NCBI GenBank assembly: GCA_030427445.1
Contig: JAUIBQ010000002.1
Coordinates: forward strand, 101-64,100
Origin: a bacterium
Lineage (GTDB): Bacteria; Patescibacteriota; Saccharimonadia; Saccharimonadales; SZUA-47
Direction: 5' to 3'
Length of the DNA: 64,000 nt
Shown one piece after another: positions 1 to 10,394 of the stretch; position 1 is the first letter of the stretch; every line of letters starts with the position of its first letter. The notes under the pieces are model-generated. The model was not told where the DNA came from. It made no database searches and saw only the letters and a program-made list of their open reading frames with translations. The position numbers and the translations under genes were made by a program.

Positions 1-309
1 TTCACGGAGCTGGCCGGTGGCGATGTCCTGTAGAAAACTTGCGGCGTCGGCTAGTGTTTCGGCTGTTTCCGTTGAGGCCTCCCGTGTCGCACCAGCCCTC
101 TCTGCAAACTCGGTGATGAATTCTCTTTGTTCAGGAGTTACCTCACGCTGTTCTTCTATAGATCCGACGCCTGGGGTGGAGGATCCACGGCTATCTATTA
201 CGCCGTTACGTCTAGTTGCGAAGGCATTGTTATTCGTCCTAGCGTAGCCATCTTTTGCCTGCAAACGATAGAGTAACTCGTCTTCACGGAGCTGGCCGGT
301 GGCGATGTC
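1..309. repeat. 27-bp exact direct repeat (1-27 and 283-309), in frame
   Basis: ttcacggagctggccggtggcgatgtc occurs twice, 282 bp apart, and encodes DIATGQLRE on the minus strand. Confidence 0.9.
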
Positions 310-378
310 GCCAAGGAATGAGTTAAAGTCAGCATTCTGCTGACGCTCCTGAGGTGTGACTGTTTCTAGTTCCGACAT
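1..378 (-). CDS. hypothetical protein, runs off the window start, with internal FLxDIATGQLRE repeat
   Basis: Not in the ORF track. Manual translation from ATG at 378 (MSELETVTPQERQQNADFNSFLGDIATGQLRE...) is open to base 1. Consensus promoter upstream. Confidence 0.7.
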   Translation of the reverse strand, partial: MSELETVTPQERQQNADFNSFLGDIATGQLREDELLYRLQAKDGYARTNNNAFATRRNGVIDSRGSSTPGVGSIEEQREVTPEQREFITEFAERAGATREASTETAETLADAASFLQDIATGQLRE

Positions 379-419
379 GTTTATTTTGAGGTGTTTGTTT
401 TTGTAATTACTATATAAAC

Positions 420-448
420 ATTATAGCAAATTATGGCATTGTTGTCAA
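420..448 (-). promoter_or_regulatory. sigma70 promoter with extended -10
   Basis: Minus strand TTGACA-17 bp-TATAAT, with TGC before the -10. Confidence 0.75.
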
Positions 449-669
449 TATTATATATTTGCTTCAATATATTAGCGAGTATACGTTTACTGCTGCCATA
501 GCTCCTAGAATATCCTTTAAACTAACAGCTATACAACCACGAACTAGGTATTTGAGCTTTATTTCACCTAAAGACTAAATCTGCGCCGAAGATTTTCGGA
601 GTCGAGACGAGTCGCCAATGATGCTCGCAGTAGTTCTGGACGTGATTCTTGATTCTTCATAGTTCTAAA

Positions 670-1968
670 TTACTGCTTAAGGAGAGCTACCAAACCAAGT
701 TCTTCATTATCCTCACCAAGCTCAGGAGCTAGCAACCAATAAGCATAGGTCGTGAGAATGGCGTGCTTAGGCATATCGGTACTACGTTTTTCATTATATT
801 CTTCTTTAGATATAACACCGCCCTCTAGATCCTTCCATATCTTCATGCGCGTATGAGCATAGTTCTGTATTTCTTTAACAATAGTTAAGCAGTCGTCTCC
901 AAATATGTCCTTTATCCGCTCCGGTGTCGCTCCTGCTAAAATACTATGTTGCGTTTTAACATCCTCAGAATTATTGAGTATATTACCAATATTTAGAAGA
1001 AAATTATCAAGCCCTTCAGTAGAAAGATTTAGCACTTCCCATTGCTGGCCTGCATATGATACCTTTTTTGTGTTCGTTCCATCTGGCAACTCTTCGAAGG
1101 TTGCGCTAGCATCAACACGACGTGCTAGTTTATTGAGTTCATCAGCTAAAACACCATCCGCATCTTTCTCGCGGTTTTTACCTGATTTTTCACCTTCAGT
1201 AACAAGCTGTAGTACGCTGTCTACCTCTGATTGGTAATAGCTAAAAGGTTTATTTTCTGATTTTTTACCAAATACAGACGCACTTCTCACACTGACGGGG
1301 ATACTAATTCCCTTATCTTCATCTTTATATACACCAAAATCATCGAGTCTTTTATGGATTTTATTAAGTGCTTCCTCTGCTTGGTCGTCGTCTAGACCAG
1401 TTAAATCAGCAATGATAATAAACTCGTCCCCGCCCCAACGAGCACTAACAGAGCCTTCTATGTCTTGTGCCACTTGCACAGAACCCACGACGTCATTTGC
1501 CGTACTGTTCTTACGTTCAATCTCCTCTTCCCTAGATTGCTTCTCGCCTGGTACACGTAACTCGGAGGTTATTTTTTGACCCATATAGCTGATCACATCA
1601 TTACCGACTTCGTGACCATGCAGTTTATTCATCTGCCCAAAGCCACGACCATCGCACATAATAAATGCGAACTGCTCAGGCTTATACCTATCGAACCACA
1701 TCTCTAGACCTTTAGGGTTGAGTAGGCCTGAGCGTGCGTCGGTAGTATTCTCCCTCGCCTCTTGTGCCAATCGCGTTACAGCACGACCCAACTCAGTCAC
1801 AGGTGGAATTTGACCCTGAAAATTATACTCCCCAGCATTTGCTAGCTCTTTTTGAAGCGAAACTAAATCATCAGCACTATAAAACCTCTCTTCACCATCT
1901 GCGACGGTCTTAATGTGAGGATTAGGGAGCATCTGCTCTGCAGGAGTCTTCGGTATCTGTTCTGACAT
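670..1968 (-). CDS. GGDEF-domain protein, probably degenerate diguanylate cyclase
   Basis: DARSGLLN, N..HGH..G and ARWGGDEFII motifs; several catalytic positions substituted. Confidence 0.75.
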   Translation of the reverse strand: MSEQIPKTPAEQMLPNPHIKTVADGEERFYSADDLVSLQKELANAGEYNFQGQIPPVTELGRAVTRLAQEARENTTDARSGLLNPKGLEMWFDRYKPEQFAFIMCDGRGFGQMNKLHGHEVGNDVISYMGQKITSELRVPGEKQSREEEIERKNSTANDVVGSVQVAQDIEGSVSARWGGDEFIIIADLTGLDDDQAEEALNKIHKRLDDFGVYKDEDKGISIPVSVRSASVFGKKSENKPFSYYQSEVDSVLQLVTEGEKSGKNREKDADGVLADELNKLARRVDASATFEELPDGTNTKKVSYAGQQWEVLNLSTEGLDNFLLNIGNILNNSEDVKTQHSILAGATPERIKDIFGDDCLTIVKEIQNYAHTRMKIWKDLEGGVISKEEYNEKRSTDMPKHAILTTYAYWLLAPELGEDNEELGLVALLKQ

Positions 1969-2009
1969 ACTTTTGTTTTTGAATTTTTATGTTAGTAAAT
2001 AACGATATA

Positions 2010-2038
2010 ATTATAGCAAATTATTGCTTAAAAGTCAA
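2010..2038 (-). promoter_or_regulatory. sigma70 promoter with extended -10
   Basis: Minus strand TTGACT-17 bp-TATAAT, with TGC before the -10. Confidence 0.7.
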
Positions 2039-2060
2039 TATGCTTGTGATTATTTACTAC

Positions 2061-2633
2061 TTAGAGATAGTTAGTGAGTTTTTCTTTGATTTGAGCTTTG
2101 AGATCTTCCAGTGTATCTTCGTTAGTGATAACAATATCTGCTTCTTCGATGACGTATTTAATACCCTTCATGTCACCATCAGCAACACCTTCATTTTCGT
2201 AAGAATCCTGCTTCAAAAACTCTTCTAATGAGCGTTTGCTCTCCTCGTCTCGAGCTCGAGACATTATACGTTCATGGCGAACTTTCGGGTCTGCATCAAC
2301 AGCAATCATAATTCCGCCAGCTTCTTTCAACGCTTTCATCTCTCCGATTGAACGAATACCACTGATGATTTGGTAGTCGAAGTTTCGCTCTTTTGCCTGT
2401 AACACTCCCATCTGAACAGTGGTAGACTGATTAAGTTCACGTAGTTGCGTGGCTACCATGAACAGTTGGTCTCGTATAGGATTCTCGTCTGGTGGTAAAT
2501 CAAATAGAAATCGCGTAGACGCTCGTACAAAGTCTCCTGTTGAGTAGTTGTGCATACCAAACATTTCGCACATCAGCTCTGCGACCGTGTCTTTCCCGCT
2601 CCCTGCCGTACCAGTTAATCCAAATAGTTTCAT
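2061..2633 (-). CDS. P-loop nucleotide kinase (dephospho-CoA/dNMP kinase-like)
   Basis: N-terminal GLTGTAGSGKDT Walker A; ISGIRS..E; AVDADPKVRHERI. Confidence 0.75.
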   Translation of the reverse strand: MKLFGLTGTAGSGKDTVAELMCEMFGMHNYSTGDFVRASTRFLFDLPPDENPIRDQLFMVATQLRELNQSTTVQMGVLQAKERNFDYQIISGIRSIGEMKALKEAGGIMIAVDADPKVRHERIMSRARDEESKRSLEEFLKQDSYENEGVADGDMKGIKYVIEEADIVITNEDTLEDLKAQIKEKLTNYL

Positions 2634-3133
2634 TGTGTTTTGTATCCTTTACCTTTAAGAATTGAAAATGCTTTTTTGATAACAGAAATCTCTGGATCAT
2701 CAGCACCTTTGATAACGTTTTGAATATCCTTGATCTGGCCCTCTGTTATCCATCGAATCTCTGAGTGGTCGTCAGGATGCAGCACGATATTTTCAGGGTC
2801 GTCTATAAATGTGGCGAAATAAACAAGCTCAATACTATGAGAACCCTTAATTTCATTCACATATGTAAACTCATCGAATAAGTCATGGATTTCAGCTCGT
2901 ACCTGAAACTCCTCCTGTATTTCCCTTGCAAGACCCGTTTTTATATCTTCGCCGAAATCGATATGGCCACCCGGGAGCTCAAATACTCCCGGCAAAAACT
3001 TTTTAACCTCCGAGCGCTTAGCTACAAGAATTTCGTGTTCGTTCTCATCGTTTAAACGATGAAATACAGCGACGGCCGAGAACACCTGTTGGTTTTTGGC
3101 CAGTGTCTCGCTATCGTGCTGTACTTTATTCAT
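2630..3133 (-). CDS. NUDIX hydrolase
   Basis: Nudix box PGGHIDFGEDIKTGLAREIQEEF. Confidence 0.85.
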   Translation of the reverse strand: MNKVQHDSETLAKNQQVFSAVAVFHRLNDENEHEILVAKRSEVKKFLPGVFELPGGHIDFGEDIKTGLAREIQEEFQVRAEIHDLFDEFTYVNEIKGSHSIELVYFATFIDDPENIVLHPDDHSEIRWITEGQIKDIQNVIKGADDPEISVIKKAFSILKGKGYKTQ

Positions 3134-3195
3134 CGTTCTCCTTTATTAAATCGTAATTAATTACAGATTTATTCTGTGATTAATTATACAGCTCT

Positions 3196-3268
3196 GGGAA
3201 AAGAGCAGCCGGTGAAATCTGCTTTTGCAGTTTCCCGAGCGATGAGAAAAGGGCTTGCCCTTGTCTCA
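3196..3268 (-). repeat. two-hairpin element, copy A, directly after the rpoD stop
   Basis: Minus strand TGAGA-CAAGGGCAAGCCCTTT-TCTCATCG..CGGGAAA-CTGCAAAAGCAG-ATTTCACCG-GCTGCTCT; same layout as 6972-7039 and 38220-38298. Confidence 0.75.
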
Positions 3269-4432
3269 TTACTTTAGATAATCCATAAGTTTACGGGAGT
3301 CTTTATTCTTTTTGAGCTTCATCAGAGCTTTTGCTTCAATCTGCCTAATACGCTCACGTGTGACAGCAAACTCTTGTCCCACCTCTTCGAGTGTGTGTTG
3401 TTTACCATCTTCGAGTCCGAAGCGTAGTCGTAGAATCTTCTGCTCACGATCGCTCAGGCTACCAAGGAGACCTTTCACCTGTTCCTTTAGTAATACGCCT
3501 GTTGCTGATTCTTCTGGAGTTGTCGTGTCCTCGTCTTCGATAAAGTCACCAAGTACAGAATCTTCTTCGTCGTTATGGACACTGGCATCAAGCGAGCTAA
3601 TGTCTTGCTTAATCTTCATAATGTGCTCAACTTTTTCGATGTCCATTTCCATCTCTTCAGCAATCTCTTCGTTGGTCGGCTCACGGTTCAGTTTCTGGGT
3701 GAGGCGGCGCTGAGTCCGTAGAAGTTTGTTGATGGTCTCAACCATGTGCACGGGGATACGAATCGTGCGTGCTTGGTCGGCTATCGCACGGGTAATCGCT
3801 TGGCGAATCCACCATGTCGCGTAGGTTGAAAATTTAAAGCCTTTATCTGGGTCGAACTTTTCTACCGCGCGCAGAAGTCCCGTGTTACCTTCTTGGATTA
3901 GGTCTAGGAGGTCTAAGCCACGACCGACATAACGTTTTGCGATAGACACCACAAGACGCATGTTTGCCTCTGCCATGTGATCTTTTGCCTTCTTGTCACC
4001 TGCTACGACTCGCTTCGCAAGATCTAGCTCTTCTTCTGCGCTGAGAAGAGGGATTTTACCAATTTCACGTAAATACAAACGGACTGAGTCATCAGCTATA
4101 TCATCTAAATATTTCTTATCAGTAGACTCTTTGATAACTTCATCGTCATCACCATCTTCGTCTACCCAGTCATCGTCGGCGTCCTTACCACTCGCACTCT
4201 TTGTCGTAATTTGTAGATTAGCCTCAGCCAGACGCTCGTAAAGTGCATCGAGTGCATCGACGTTGTCGTCATTATCAGGGATTGCGGCGTTGATTTCTTT
4301 CTGATCAATCTTGCCGTCTTTTTTTGCTTGCGCAAACAATGCTTCTGAGTGTTCTTCAACACTCATTGTAGGCTTTTTAGCCTTTCCCTTTTTCTTTACG
4401 GGTTCTTTCTTTGCTTTGTCGTCTTTACTCAC
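3269..4432 (-). CDS. rpoD: RNA polymerase primary sigma factor RpoD/SigA
   Basis: [71 protein letters not shown]. Confidence 0.97.
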   Translation of the reverse strand: MSKDDKAKKEPVKKKGKAKKPTMSVEEHSEALFAQAKKDGKIDQKEINAAIPDNDDNVDALDALYERLAEANLQITTKSASGKDADDDWVDEDGDDDEVIKESTDKKYLDDIADDSVRLYLREIGKIPLLSAEEELDLAKRVVAGDKKAKDHMAEANMRLVVSIAKRYVGRGLDLLDLIQEGNTGLLRAVEKFDPDKGFKFSTYATWWIRQAITRAIADQARTIRIPVHMVETINKLLRTQRRLTQKLNREPTNEEIAEEMEMDIEKVEHIMKIKQDISSLDASVHNDEEDSVLGDFIEDEDTTTPEESATGVLLKEQVKGLLGSLSDREQKILRLRFGLEDGKQHTLEEVGQEFAVTRERIRQIEAKALMKLKKNKDSRKLMDYLK

Positions 4433-4452
4433 TAAGCGTTCCTTTGCTACAT

Positions 4453-6231
4453 TTAGTCATCAATAGATGTTGAGCGCACGAGCTCTATGATACGTTGACG
4501 CTCTGCGTCGACCGCTCGTACTTTGTTTAATAATTGTTTTTCTTGTTCTTCATCAGCCGTCTCAAACTGATTGAGTAACTGGTCTTTTTGGTATTTTGCA
4601 AACTGTTCTGCCAGTCGGATTGCTATGTTTTGAGCTTGATATAGTTGCTCATGCCTGTCCGTATGCTGGTACGTCTCTTCATAGAGTAGTGCAATCATTT
4701 TACCATAGTCTGTATCTGTTGGAAGAGTACCTGCCTCTTTCTCGAGCTTTTTCTTAACACTCAAGTTTTCTTCAGTCGTGCAAACACTGTCGGAAAATGC
4801 CGGAAGCCACTGACCAGCCACGAGAGTATTTGCACTTGCAATCGCTAGTAAATGCTGGAGAGATTTATCGAGTTTTAGCCTTTGCTCCTCTAGCTCGGTA
4901 GACTGCTGAATGTTGGTTGGTTTTTTACGTTGCGCAGGCTTATTTCCCGGTGACTCAGTAAGCTGCAGTTTTTTATTCAATGATTCAACAGACGTGCCAG
5001 TCTTTTCCGATAATCGGCTGATATAGTGCTCACGCTCAACGGGATCTTCAAGCTTCGTGACGATTTGCAAAATGTCATCTGCAAACGAACGTTTGCCTTG
5101 TGCAGTTTTAAGGTCATAGGACTGCTCTTTTTGCTGAATGAGCCAATCAATCATGTATAGGTTTTCATCGATAACTTTGAGCCATTTATTAGGATCATCT
5201 TTAACAAGCTCATCCGGATCTTTACCCTCAGGAATCGTGATAACACTCATGTCTAGTTTTAGTTTTTGCGCGAGTGGCACAGTGCGCTCAGCAGCAGTCT
5301 GCCCCGCCCTATCACTATCAAACGCGATGCGTATGTCGCCTGTAAAACGTTGCAAATCTTTCAAGTGAAACTCAGTCAATGCAGTCCCAGCAGATGCAAC
5401 GACATTCGCAACTCCTGCTTGGTGGCTTGCGACGACGTCCAGGTTGCCTTCGACGACAACAACAAATCCACTTTTTCTGATAGCCTGTTTTGCCTGCGAA
5501 AACCCATATAGCTGACGACCTTTGTCATACAGAATCGTTGCTGGTGTATTGATGTACTTAGGTGCGTTGTCGTCGCTTTTTAGCAACCTTGCTGTGAATC
5601 CTACAGGTCTGCCTTGGCTATCGCGCAGCGGGATCATTAACCGACCACGGAATAAGTCAAAATACCGTCCATCTCGCTCACCTACTAAGCCGACTTTTTT
5701 AAGCTCTTGCTCCTTAAATCCTTTACTCAAAAGATAGTCCATCAGCGGACTTCCCTTTTCTGGTGAATAACCAAATGCAAAATCGAGAATCGTTTGCTTG
5801 CTAAATTCACGTGTTTTACGTACGTAATCCAACGCCATTGACGACTGCAGTAAAGCTCGTTGATAAAACCGCACTGCTAACTCAACTGCTTCATAGAGCC
5901 GCTCTTTTTCTTGTTTGTTTTTCTGTGAACTACCTGATTGCGTCTTCGAATACTGATCAAGATCGATACCGGATTTACGAGCAAGTAGTTCAAGTGCTCG
6001 TTTAAAATCGACACCCTCTACTTCTTGGATAAAGCTGAACATATCACCACCGCGACCCGAGCTAAAATCATGCCAGATTTGCTTCTCAGGGCTAACGATA
6101 AAACTCGGAGTACGCTCGGTTGTGAAAGGACTCAAACCTTTGAAGTTTCTGCCAGCACGCTTCAGTGCGACATACTCTGACACGACATCTTCGATGTTAA
6201 GCTTCGATTTTATATCCGCAACTGCGTCCAC
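4453..6231 (-). CDS. dnaG: DNA primase
   Basis: N-terminal zinc-binding-type domain (SPF..ERTPSF), [27 protein letters not shown] and FDSDRAG; adjacent to rpoD. Confidence 0.95.
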   Translation of the reverse strand: MDAVADIKSKLNIEDVVSEYVALKRAGRNFKGLSPFTTERTPSFIVSPEKQIWHDFSSGRGGDMFSFIQEVEGVDFKRALELLARKSGIDLDQYSKTQSGSSQKNKQEKERLYEAVELAVRFYQRALLQSSMALDYVRKTREFSKQTILDFAFGYSPEKGSPLMDYLLSKGFKEQELKKVGLVGERDGRYFDLFRGRLMIPLRDSQGRPVGFTARLLKSDDNAPKYINTPATILYDKGRQLYGFSQAKQAIRKSGFVVVVEGNLDVVASHQAGVANVVASAGTALTEFHLKDLQRFTGDIRIAFDSDRAGQTAAERTVPLAQKLKLDMSVITIPEGKDPDELVKDDPNKWLKVIDENLYMIDWLIQQKEQSYDLKTAQGKRSFADDILQIVTKLEDPVEREHYISRLSEKTGTSVESLNKKLQLTESPGNKPAQRKKPTNIQQSTELEEQRLKLDKSLQHLLAIASANTLVAGQWLPAFSDSVCTTEENLSVKKKLEKEAGTLPTDTDYGKMIALLYEETYQHTDRHEQLYQAQNIAIRLAEQFAKYQKDQLLNQFETADEEQEKQLLNKVRAVDAERQRIIELVRSTSIDD

Positions 6232-6340
6232 GTTTTTACCTTTCTCTTATCAATAATTATCGTGTATCTAGTGCGTAGTATCAAGCACTAGTGTATTCAC
6301 GGCGTAAATATGTAGAAGTTTGTTACAATAAAGTGTAACC

Positions 6341-6913
6341 ATGAGCGATTATGATTTCATCTTACAAGACCAGCAAAAACGTCGAGGCAATAGTTTACTC
6401 CAAGGCTCTTTCCAGCGAAGGCTGATCGGTTTTGTTTTTATAGCTATTGTACTCGTCGTTGTGATTGTACTTTTTAGCATATTACTGAACAGTGGCAAGC
6501 CGTCAGCTTCTGCTTATCTCCCCGTTGCAATCCGTCAGGAAGAGCTGCTTCGTGTGCTGGAAAACCGTGATGATTTAAGTGACCAAACGCTAAAACCTGG
6601 CTACACCACACTCTTCCTTGCTGTCACAAGTGATTTGCAGGCTTCAAACGACTACTTAGCAAAGAATGGAGTTGTGATATCACCCGAGGACAGGACTCCT
6701 TACTACTATTTTGATTTAGAATCTGACCTCGAAGCGGCAAAGTCAGCAAACAGATTTGATGCTGAACTAGAGGCTTACGTTGATAAAGCACTTGCTGACT
6801 ACTCACAAACCCTACTTGGTCTCGAACCGACAACTGGCCAAGCACCGCTACTCGACCAGGCAAAGCAAAACGTTATTTTCTATAACGGCGTTCCTGAGAC
6901 TGAATCTGAATAA
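6341..6913 (+). CDS. hypothetical membrane-anchored protein
   Basis: 190-aa ORF with one N-terminal hydrophobic helix. Confidence 0.65.
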   Translation: MSDYDFILQDQQKRRGNSLLQGSFQRRLIGFVFIAIVLVVVIVLFSILLNSGKPSASAYLPVAIRQEELLRVLENRDDLSDQTLKPGYTTLFLAVTSDLQASNDYLAKNGVVISPEDRTPYYYFDLESDLEAAKSANRFDAELEAYVDKALADYSQTLLGLEPTTGQAPLLDQAKQNVIFYNGVPETESE

Positions 6914-6916
6914 GAT

Positions 6917-7094
6917 TAGTGGATTCCGAGGACGAGGTTGTAGCTGTGAACTATCAGGTCTTTAACTACTCATGAGAAGGGCAAGCCCCTCTCATCGCGC
7001 AGGGAACGAAATCAATTCGTTCATCTGGCTGCTCTCCCCTTTTACTAGTGGATTCCGAGGACGAGGTTGTAGCTGTGAACTATCAGGTCTTTAA
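6917..7094. repeat. 49-bp direct repeat of the mmcQ-like gene 3' end (6917-6965 = 7046-7094) flanking two-hairpin element copy B (6972-7039)
   Basis: tagtggattccgaggacgaggttgtagctgtgaactatcaggtctttaa occurs twice, exactly. Confidence 0.9.
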
Positions 7095-7380
7095 TTTGTT
7101 CGTCGCTTAACTGGCCAGTGAGTAAAATTGTGTTCCAATGCTTTTTGTTCAAGTGGTAACCTTCCATCACTGACTCATATTCACTGCGAAGCTTAACCGC
7201 AAGCTGCGGATCGCACTTAAGACTAATTTGTAATGGTGATTTATTGTTCGGGATAAGCGCAAACATCTTTTCATCATCACCAACAGGAGCTTTATAGACA
7301 TTCACATCCTCACCAAATGGAAAATCGAGCCGAGCATTCGGCATGGCTAACACTAATTCTTCTAACTCTTTAATTGTCAT
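7045..7380 (-). CDS. MmcQ/YjbR family protein
   Basis: FPFG, KMFAL, ISLKCDP, GYHLNKKHWNTI, SY.LV. Confidence 0.85.
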   Translation of the reverse strand: MTIKELEELVLAMPNARLDFPFGEDVNVYKAPVGDDEKMFALIPNNKSPLQISLKCDPQLAVKLRSEYESVMEGYHLNKKHWNTILLTGQLSDEQIKDLIVHSYNLVLGIH

Positions 7381-8015
7381 GATTTTTCTCCAATTATATC
7401 TTTTGCAAAATAATTTACTACTAGCTGACCGTCTTTTTCAGAAATACTCGTTAAAGAACAGTTAGGCGTACTGCACGCGAGAATTTGATCTCTATCCCAC
7501 CCATTTATGTATGCAGCTAAACACCTTATTGCCATACCGTGCCCCGTAACCAGTACAATGTCATCCTTATGCTCTTTGACCAACGCTTGAGTTACGGCAA
7601 ACTTACGCTCGGCAACGTCACCCAGTGATTCACCGTTTGGGAGTTTAAATGACATGCCTTGATCTTGAGCCTGCTGACTATTTTCAGGTGTCCATATAAT
7701 GTCACGGAACTCTCCTTCAGCATCACCCTGCCCCATTTCTTGTAAGTCATCTAGAATCTCAGGCTTTAGATCAAAATTCAATGTATCCAACACTATTGCA
7801 CCCGTCGTTACAGCGCGCAATGCAGGACTTGAATACCACGCATCAAAACGCACCCCTTCTTTAGTAAAGTACTCTGCTGCCCTTTGAGCTTGTTCGACTC
7901 CTGTATCATTTAAAGGAAGCCAATTACTACGTCCTCCTACTTTAGAATAGGGGCTATTCTCTCTTTGCTCAACATTGTATGGCGTCTCTCCATGACGCAG
8001 AAAAAGTAGCGGCAT
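7377..8015 (-). CDS. histidine phosphatase (phosphoglycerate mutase family)
   Basis: LRHGET, SSPALRA..T, LQEM..G, GES, VTGHG, PNCS. Confidence 0.85.
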   Translation of the reverse strand: MPLLFLRHGETPYNVEQRENSPYSKVGGRSNWLPLNDTGVEQAQRAAEYFTKEGVRFDAWYSSPALRAVTTGAIVLDTLNFDLKPEILDDLQEMGQGDAEGEFRDIIWTPENSQQAQDQGMSFKLPNGESLGDVAERKFAVTQALVKEHKDDIVLVTGHGMAIRCLAAYINGWDRDQILACSTPNCSLTSISEKDGQLVVNYFAKDIIGEKS

Positions 8016-8022
8016 ACAGTGG

Positions 8023-8580
8023 CTATTCTCCTTGTTTTTTAAACCATTCTATGTAGTGCTGTAGTTCTGCGATACTTGCTTGAATATCCTCAAAAGCTCG
8101 GTGAATTTCAGGTTTTTCGTATTGCTCACCGTGCATTGCTTGAAGTACGACTTTCCATGAACTTACATCTAATAAACGGTAGTGCAGGAGCAAATCGAGC
8201 GTCGGCATGTAACTCTCGATAAACTTTTTATCGCTGTGAATTGAGTTTCCTGCCAAGATTGCAAGTTCATCTCCGAAATGATGTTTCACGAGATCAATCA
8301 TCTCTTGCTCAACAATCTCTAACGCTTTGCCTGATTGCGCATTGTCTAAAAAGTCGTTGCGGTTTTCTGGATATTTGTTCCACCAGTCGTTTGCTTTGAT
8401 AAGGCGCGCTAATTTATCTCGCGGATGTCGTATCCGTGCTTCATAGCTCGCAAGCGTCTCAAGATTTGCATCCGTAATCTCAGCAGCTACTTCTAAAATG
8501 ACGTCTTTGCGCTCATCTAGACCAGTCATCTCAAGGTCTACCCAGAGAAACTTTGTCGGAATTTTGTTGCGGTTATTCAT
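8023..8580 (-). CDS. orn: oligoribonuclease
   Basis: WVDLEMTGLD, LAGNSIHSDK, LHYRLLDVSS, HRAFEDI..SI.EL. Confidence 0.9.
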   Translation of the reverse strand: MNNRNKIPTKFLWVDLEMTGLDERKDVILEVAAEITDANLETLASYEARIRHPRDKLARLIKANDWWNKYPENRNDFLDNAQSGKALEIVEQEMIDLVKHHFGDELAILAGNSIHSDKKFIESYMPTLDLLLHYRLLDVSSWKVVLQAMHGEQYEKPEIHRAFEDIQASIAELQHYIEWFKKQGE

Positions 8581-8622
8581 GTTACAGATTAGTGTACCTC
8601 AACAGCAAAACGCTCTCAAAAT

Positions 8623-8657
8623 AAAAAACTGCCCTCTCGCATTTTTGTGGGCAGTTT
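8623..8657 (-). terminator. probable intrinsic terminator of mscL
   Basis: aaactgccc...gggcagttt inverted repeat with a T-run on the minus strand. Confidence 0.55.
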
Positions 8658-8689
8658 CTTTGAACACAATTAATTATACACTACGTGTG

Positions 8690-9010
8690 TTACTTTTTCT
8701 TGTCGAGTTTATCGAGACCTGATTTGTGTACAACAAAATAGATCACTAGAGCAGTTGCAATCAGGGTTATGATTGAACTAACTACCGCACCCCATGCCAG
8801 GGTTAGCTCACGATCGCCAAGGGAAATAACAGTCCATGAAAGATTACTAAGGTCCTGTCCTCCAAGAATAAAACCAATAATCGGGTCAATAAGACCTTTC
8901 ACGATAGTACTCACTGTACTGCTTGCTGCAACACCTATCGCCAAGCCCACAGCTAGCCCTACTACTCCTTGTTCTCTTACAAAATCTACAAATCCCTTTA
9001 ACATATTCAT
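8690..9010 (-). CDS. mscL: large-conductance mechanosensitive channel
   Basis: F..FVREQGVVGLAVGLAIG; two TM helices; basic C-terminus. Confidence 0.85.
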   Translation of the reverse strand: MNMLKGFVDFVREQGVVGLAVGLAIGVAASSTVSTIVKGLIDPIIGFILGGQDLSNLSWTVISLGDRELTLAWGAVVSSIITLIATALVIYFVVHKSGLDKLDKKK

Positions 9011-9078
9011 GTCTCCTTTTTCACCTTTTATGGTTCAATCGTACTACATTTTTGCACAACAGAAAAATCAAATACGTC

Positions 9079-10278
9079 TTAAGATAATCGTTGAACAGCG
9101 ATTTGATATGATGCGTCCAGTATGGTCGTTTGATTGTCTTCAAGGTATTGTTCAACTGACTCACAGGCGGAGGTTAGTTGTGTATGAAGTTTTTCTCGCA
9201 CCTCTTCTTCGGTCCAGTGCTCGTCTTGTTTATTTTGCTGCCACTCGAAGTAGCTCACAATTACTCCACCACTGTTCGCGAGTATCCCCGGTACGATTTC
9301 GACGCCATTTTCAGTCAACTTTTCAGTCGCATTGTATGTTACAGGTCCATTCGCGATTTCTATGATGCCCCTGGCTTTAATACCACCTACATTGTCACTT
9401 GTCACGACATTTTCCATCGCTGCAAGTGCGAGCACATCTACATCACATGAAAGCACTGCATCCACATCGCAAACACTGCTAAAGTCTAAGTCATACTCTT
9501 TGAAGCTACCGCCATCTTTTTTGAACGCAACTAACTCTTCAACATCTAAACCATCCTCTTTAATCAAAGTTGCTGACGAATCACTCACGGCCACAAGTTT
9601 CCACTCTGGTAAATGCTTTTTCATTGCAAGTGCAAAATGTGACCCAGCATTGCCAAACCCCTGCAGAGCGTAGGTTTTGTCTGTAACTTCTAACGCTCCC
9701 GACTTTACAAAAAACTCAGTGACGATCTGTGCACCATCACCGGTCGCTGGTACGCGCCCTTCCGATCCACCATTTTCAATGCTCTTCCCTGTGAACGATG
9801 CTTTAGTAGTGTCGCCAGTCAATTTTGAATACTCATCTGCCATCCAGTCCATGATTTCTGCTCCGGTATTCACATCTGGTGCCGGTACGTCAGTGTCTGG
9901 TCCTAAGTGATCTTTGAGTGCTCGCACATACGCTCGCGATACCTCTTCAAGCTCTGCTTTACTGAGCTTTTTAGGGTTCACCTGCACACCACCCTTGCCA
10001 CCACCCAATGGGATGTCGACAAGCGCTGTTTTGAGACTCATAAGCGTTGAAAGCGCCTTTACTTCGTCCATGTCCAGATCAGGATGAAAGCGTATACCAC
10101 CTTTGTAAGGACCTCGCGAATTATCGTGCTGCATCCGAAACGCACGGTATTCCCCAGAATCTGTCTCGAGCATCACGTCATGCTCAGCATCAAAATCAAT
10201 CACTGTGTTCAGTTTATCCTGACTCAACTCTAATGATTTCCCAGCTCGTTTAATAAGTTCTACTACTGAGTCGTACAT
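9079..10278 (-). CDS. gdhA: Glu/Leu/Phe/Val dehydrogenase (glutamate dehydrogenase)
   Basis: RGPYKGGIRFHP, GGGKGG, DVPAPDVNT, QGFGNAG, EIANGP, LANSGGVIVSYFEW. Confidence 0.9.
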   Translation of the reverse strand: MYDSVVELIKRAGKSLELSQDKLNTVIDFDAEHDVMLETDSGEYRAFRMQHDNSRGPYKGGIRFHPDLDMDEVKALSTLMSLKTALVDIPLGGGKGGVQVNPKKLSKAELEEVSRAYVRALKDHLGPDTDVPAPDVNTGAEIMDWMADEYSKLTGDTTKASFTGKSIENGGSEGRVPATGDGAQIVTEFFVKSGALEVTDKTYALQGFGNAGSHFALAMKKHLPEWKLVAVSDSSATLIKEDGLDVEELVAFKKDGGSFKEYDLDFSSVCDVDAVLSCDVDVLALAAMENVVTSDNVGGIKARGIIEIANGPVTYNATEKLTENGVEIVPGILANSGGVIVSYFEWQQNKQDEHWTEEEVREKLHTQLTSACESVEQYLEDNQTTILDASYQIAVQRLS

Positions 10279-10394
10279 AATGTCTCCTATTTTGGATACA
10301 AGTATACTCTTTAATCTGTAGAGTTTTGTTAATTTACCTACTTTAAATTAAAGAGAGTATTGATTTTTATTTAATTTTGTGATATTATATATGT

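Noticed and set aside
17-247. Track ORF on the plus strand
   Set aside because: The opposite-strand ORF from 378 has a promoter, an ATG start and an in-frame repeat, so it is the better call.
480-669. Possible structured element between the GGDEF gene and the first ORF
   Set aside because: Only weak stems and one short match (aaatctgcg) to the groES-groEL spacer, which is insufficient.
3196-3268. Hammerhead ribozyme or SRP RNA reading of the two-hairpin element
   Set aside because: The CUGAUGA/GAAA core and the SRP GGAA tetraloop helix are not present in the right arrangement in the three copies.
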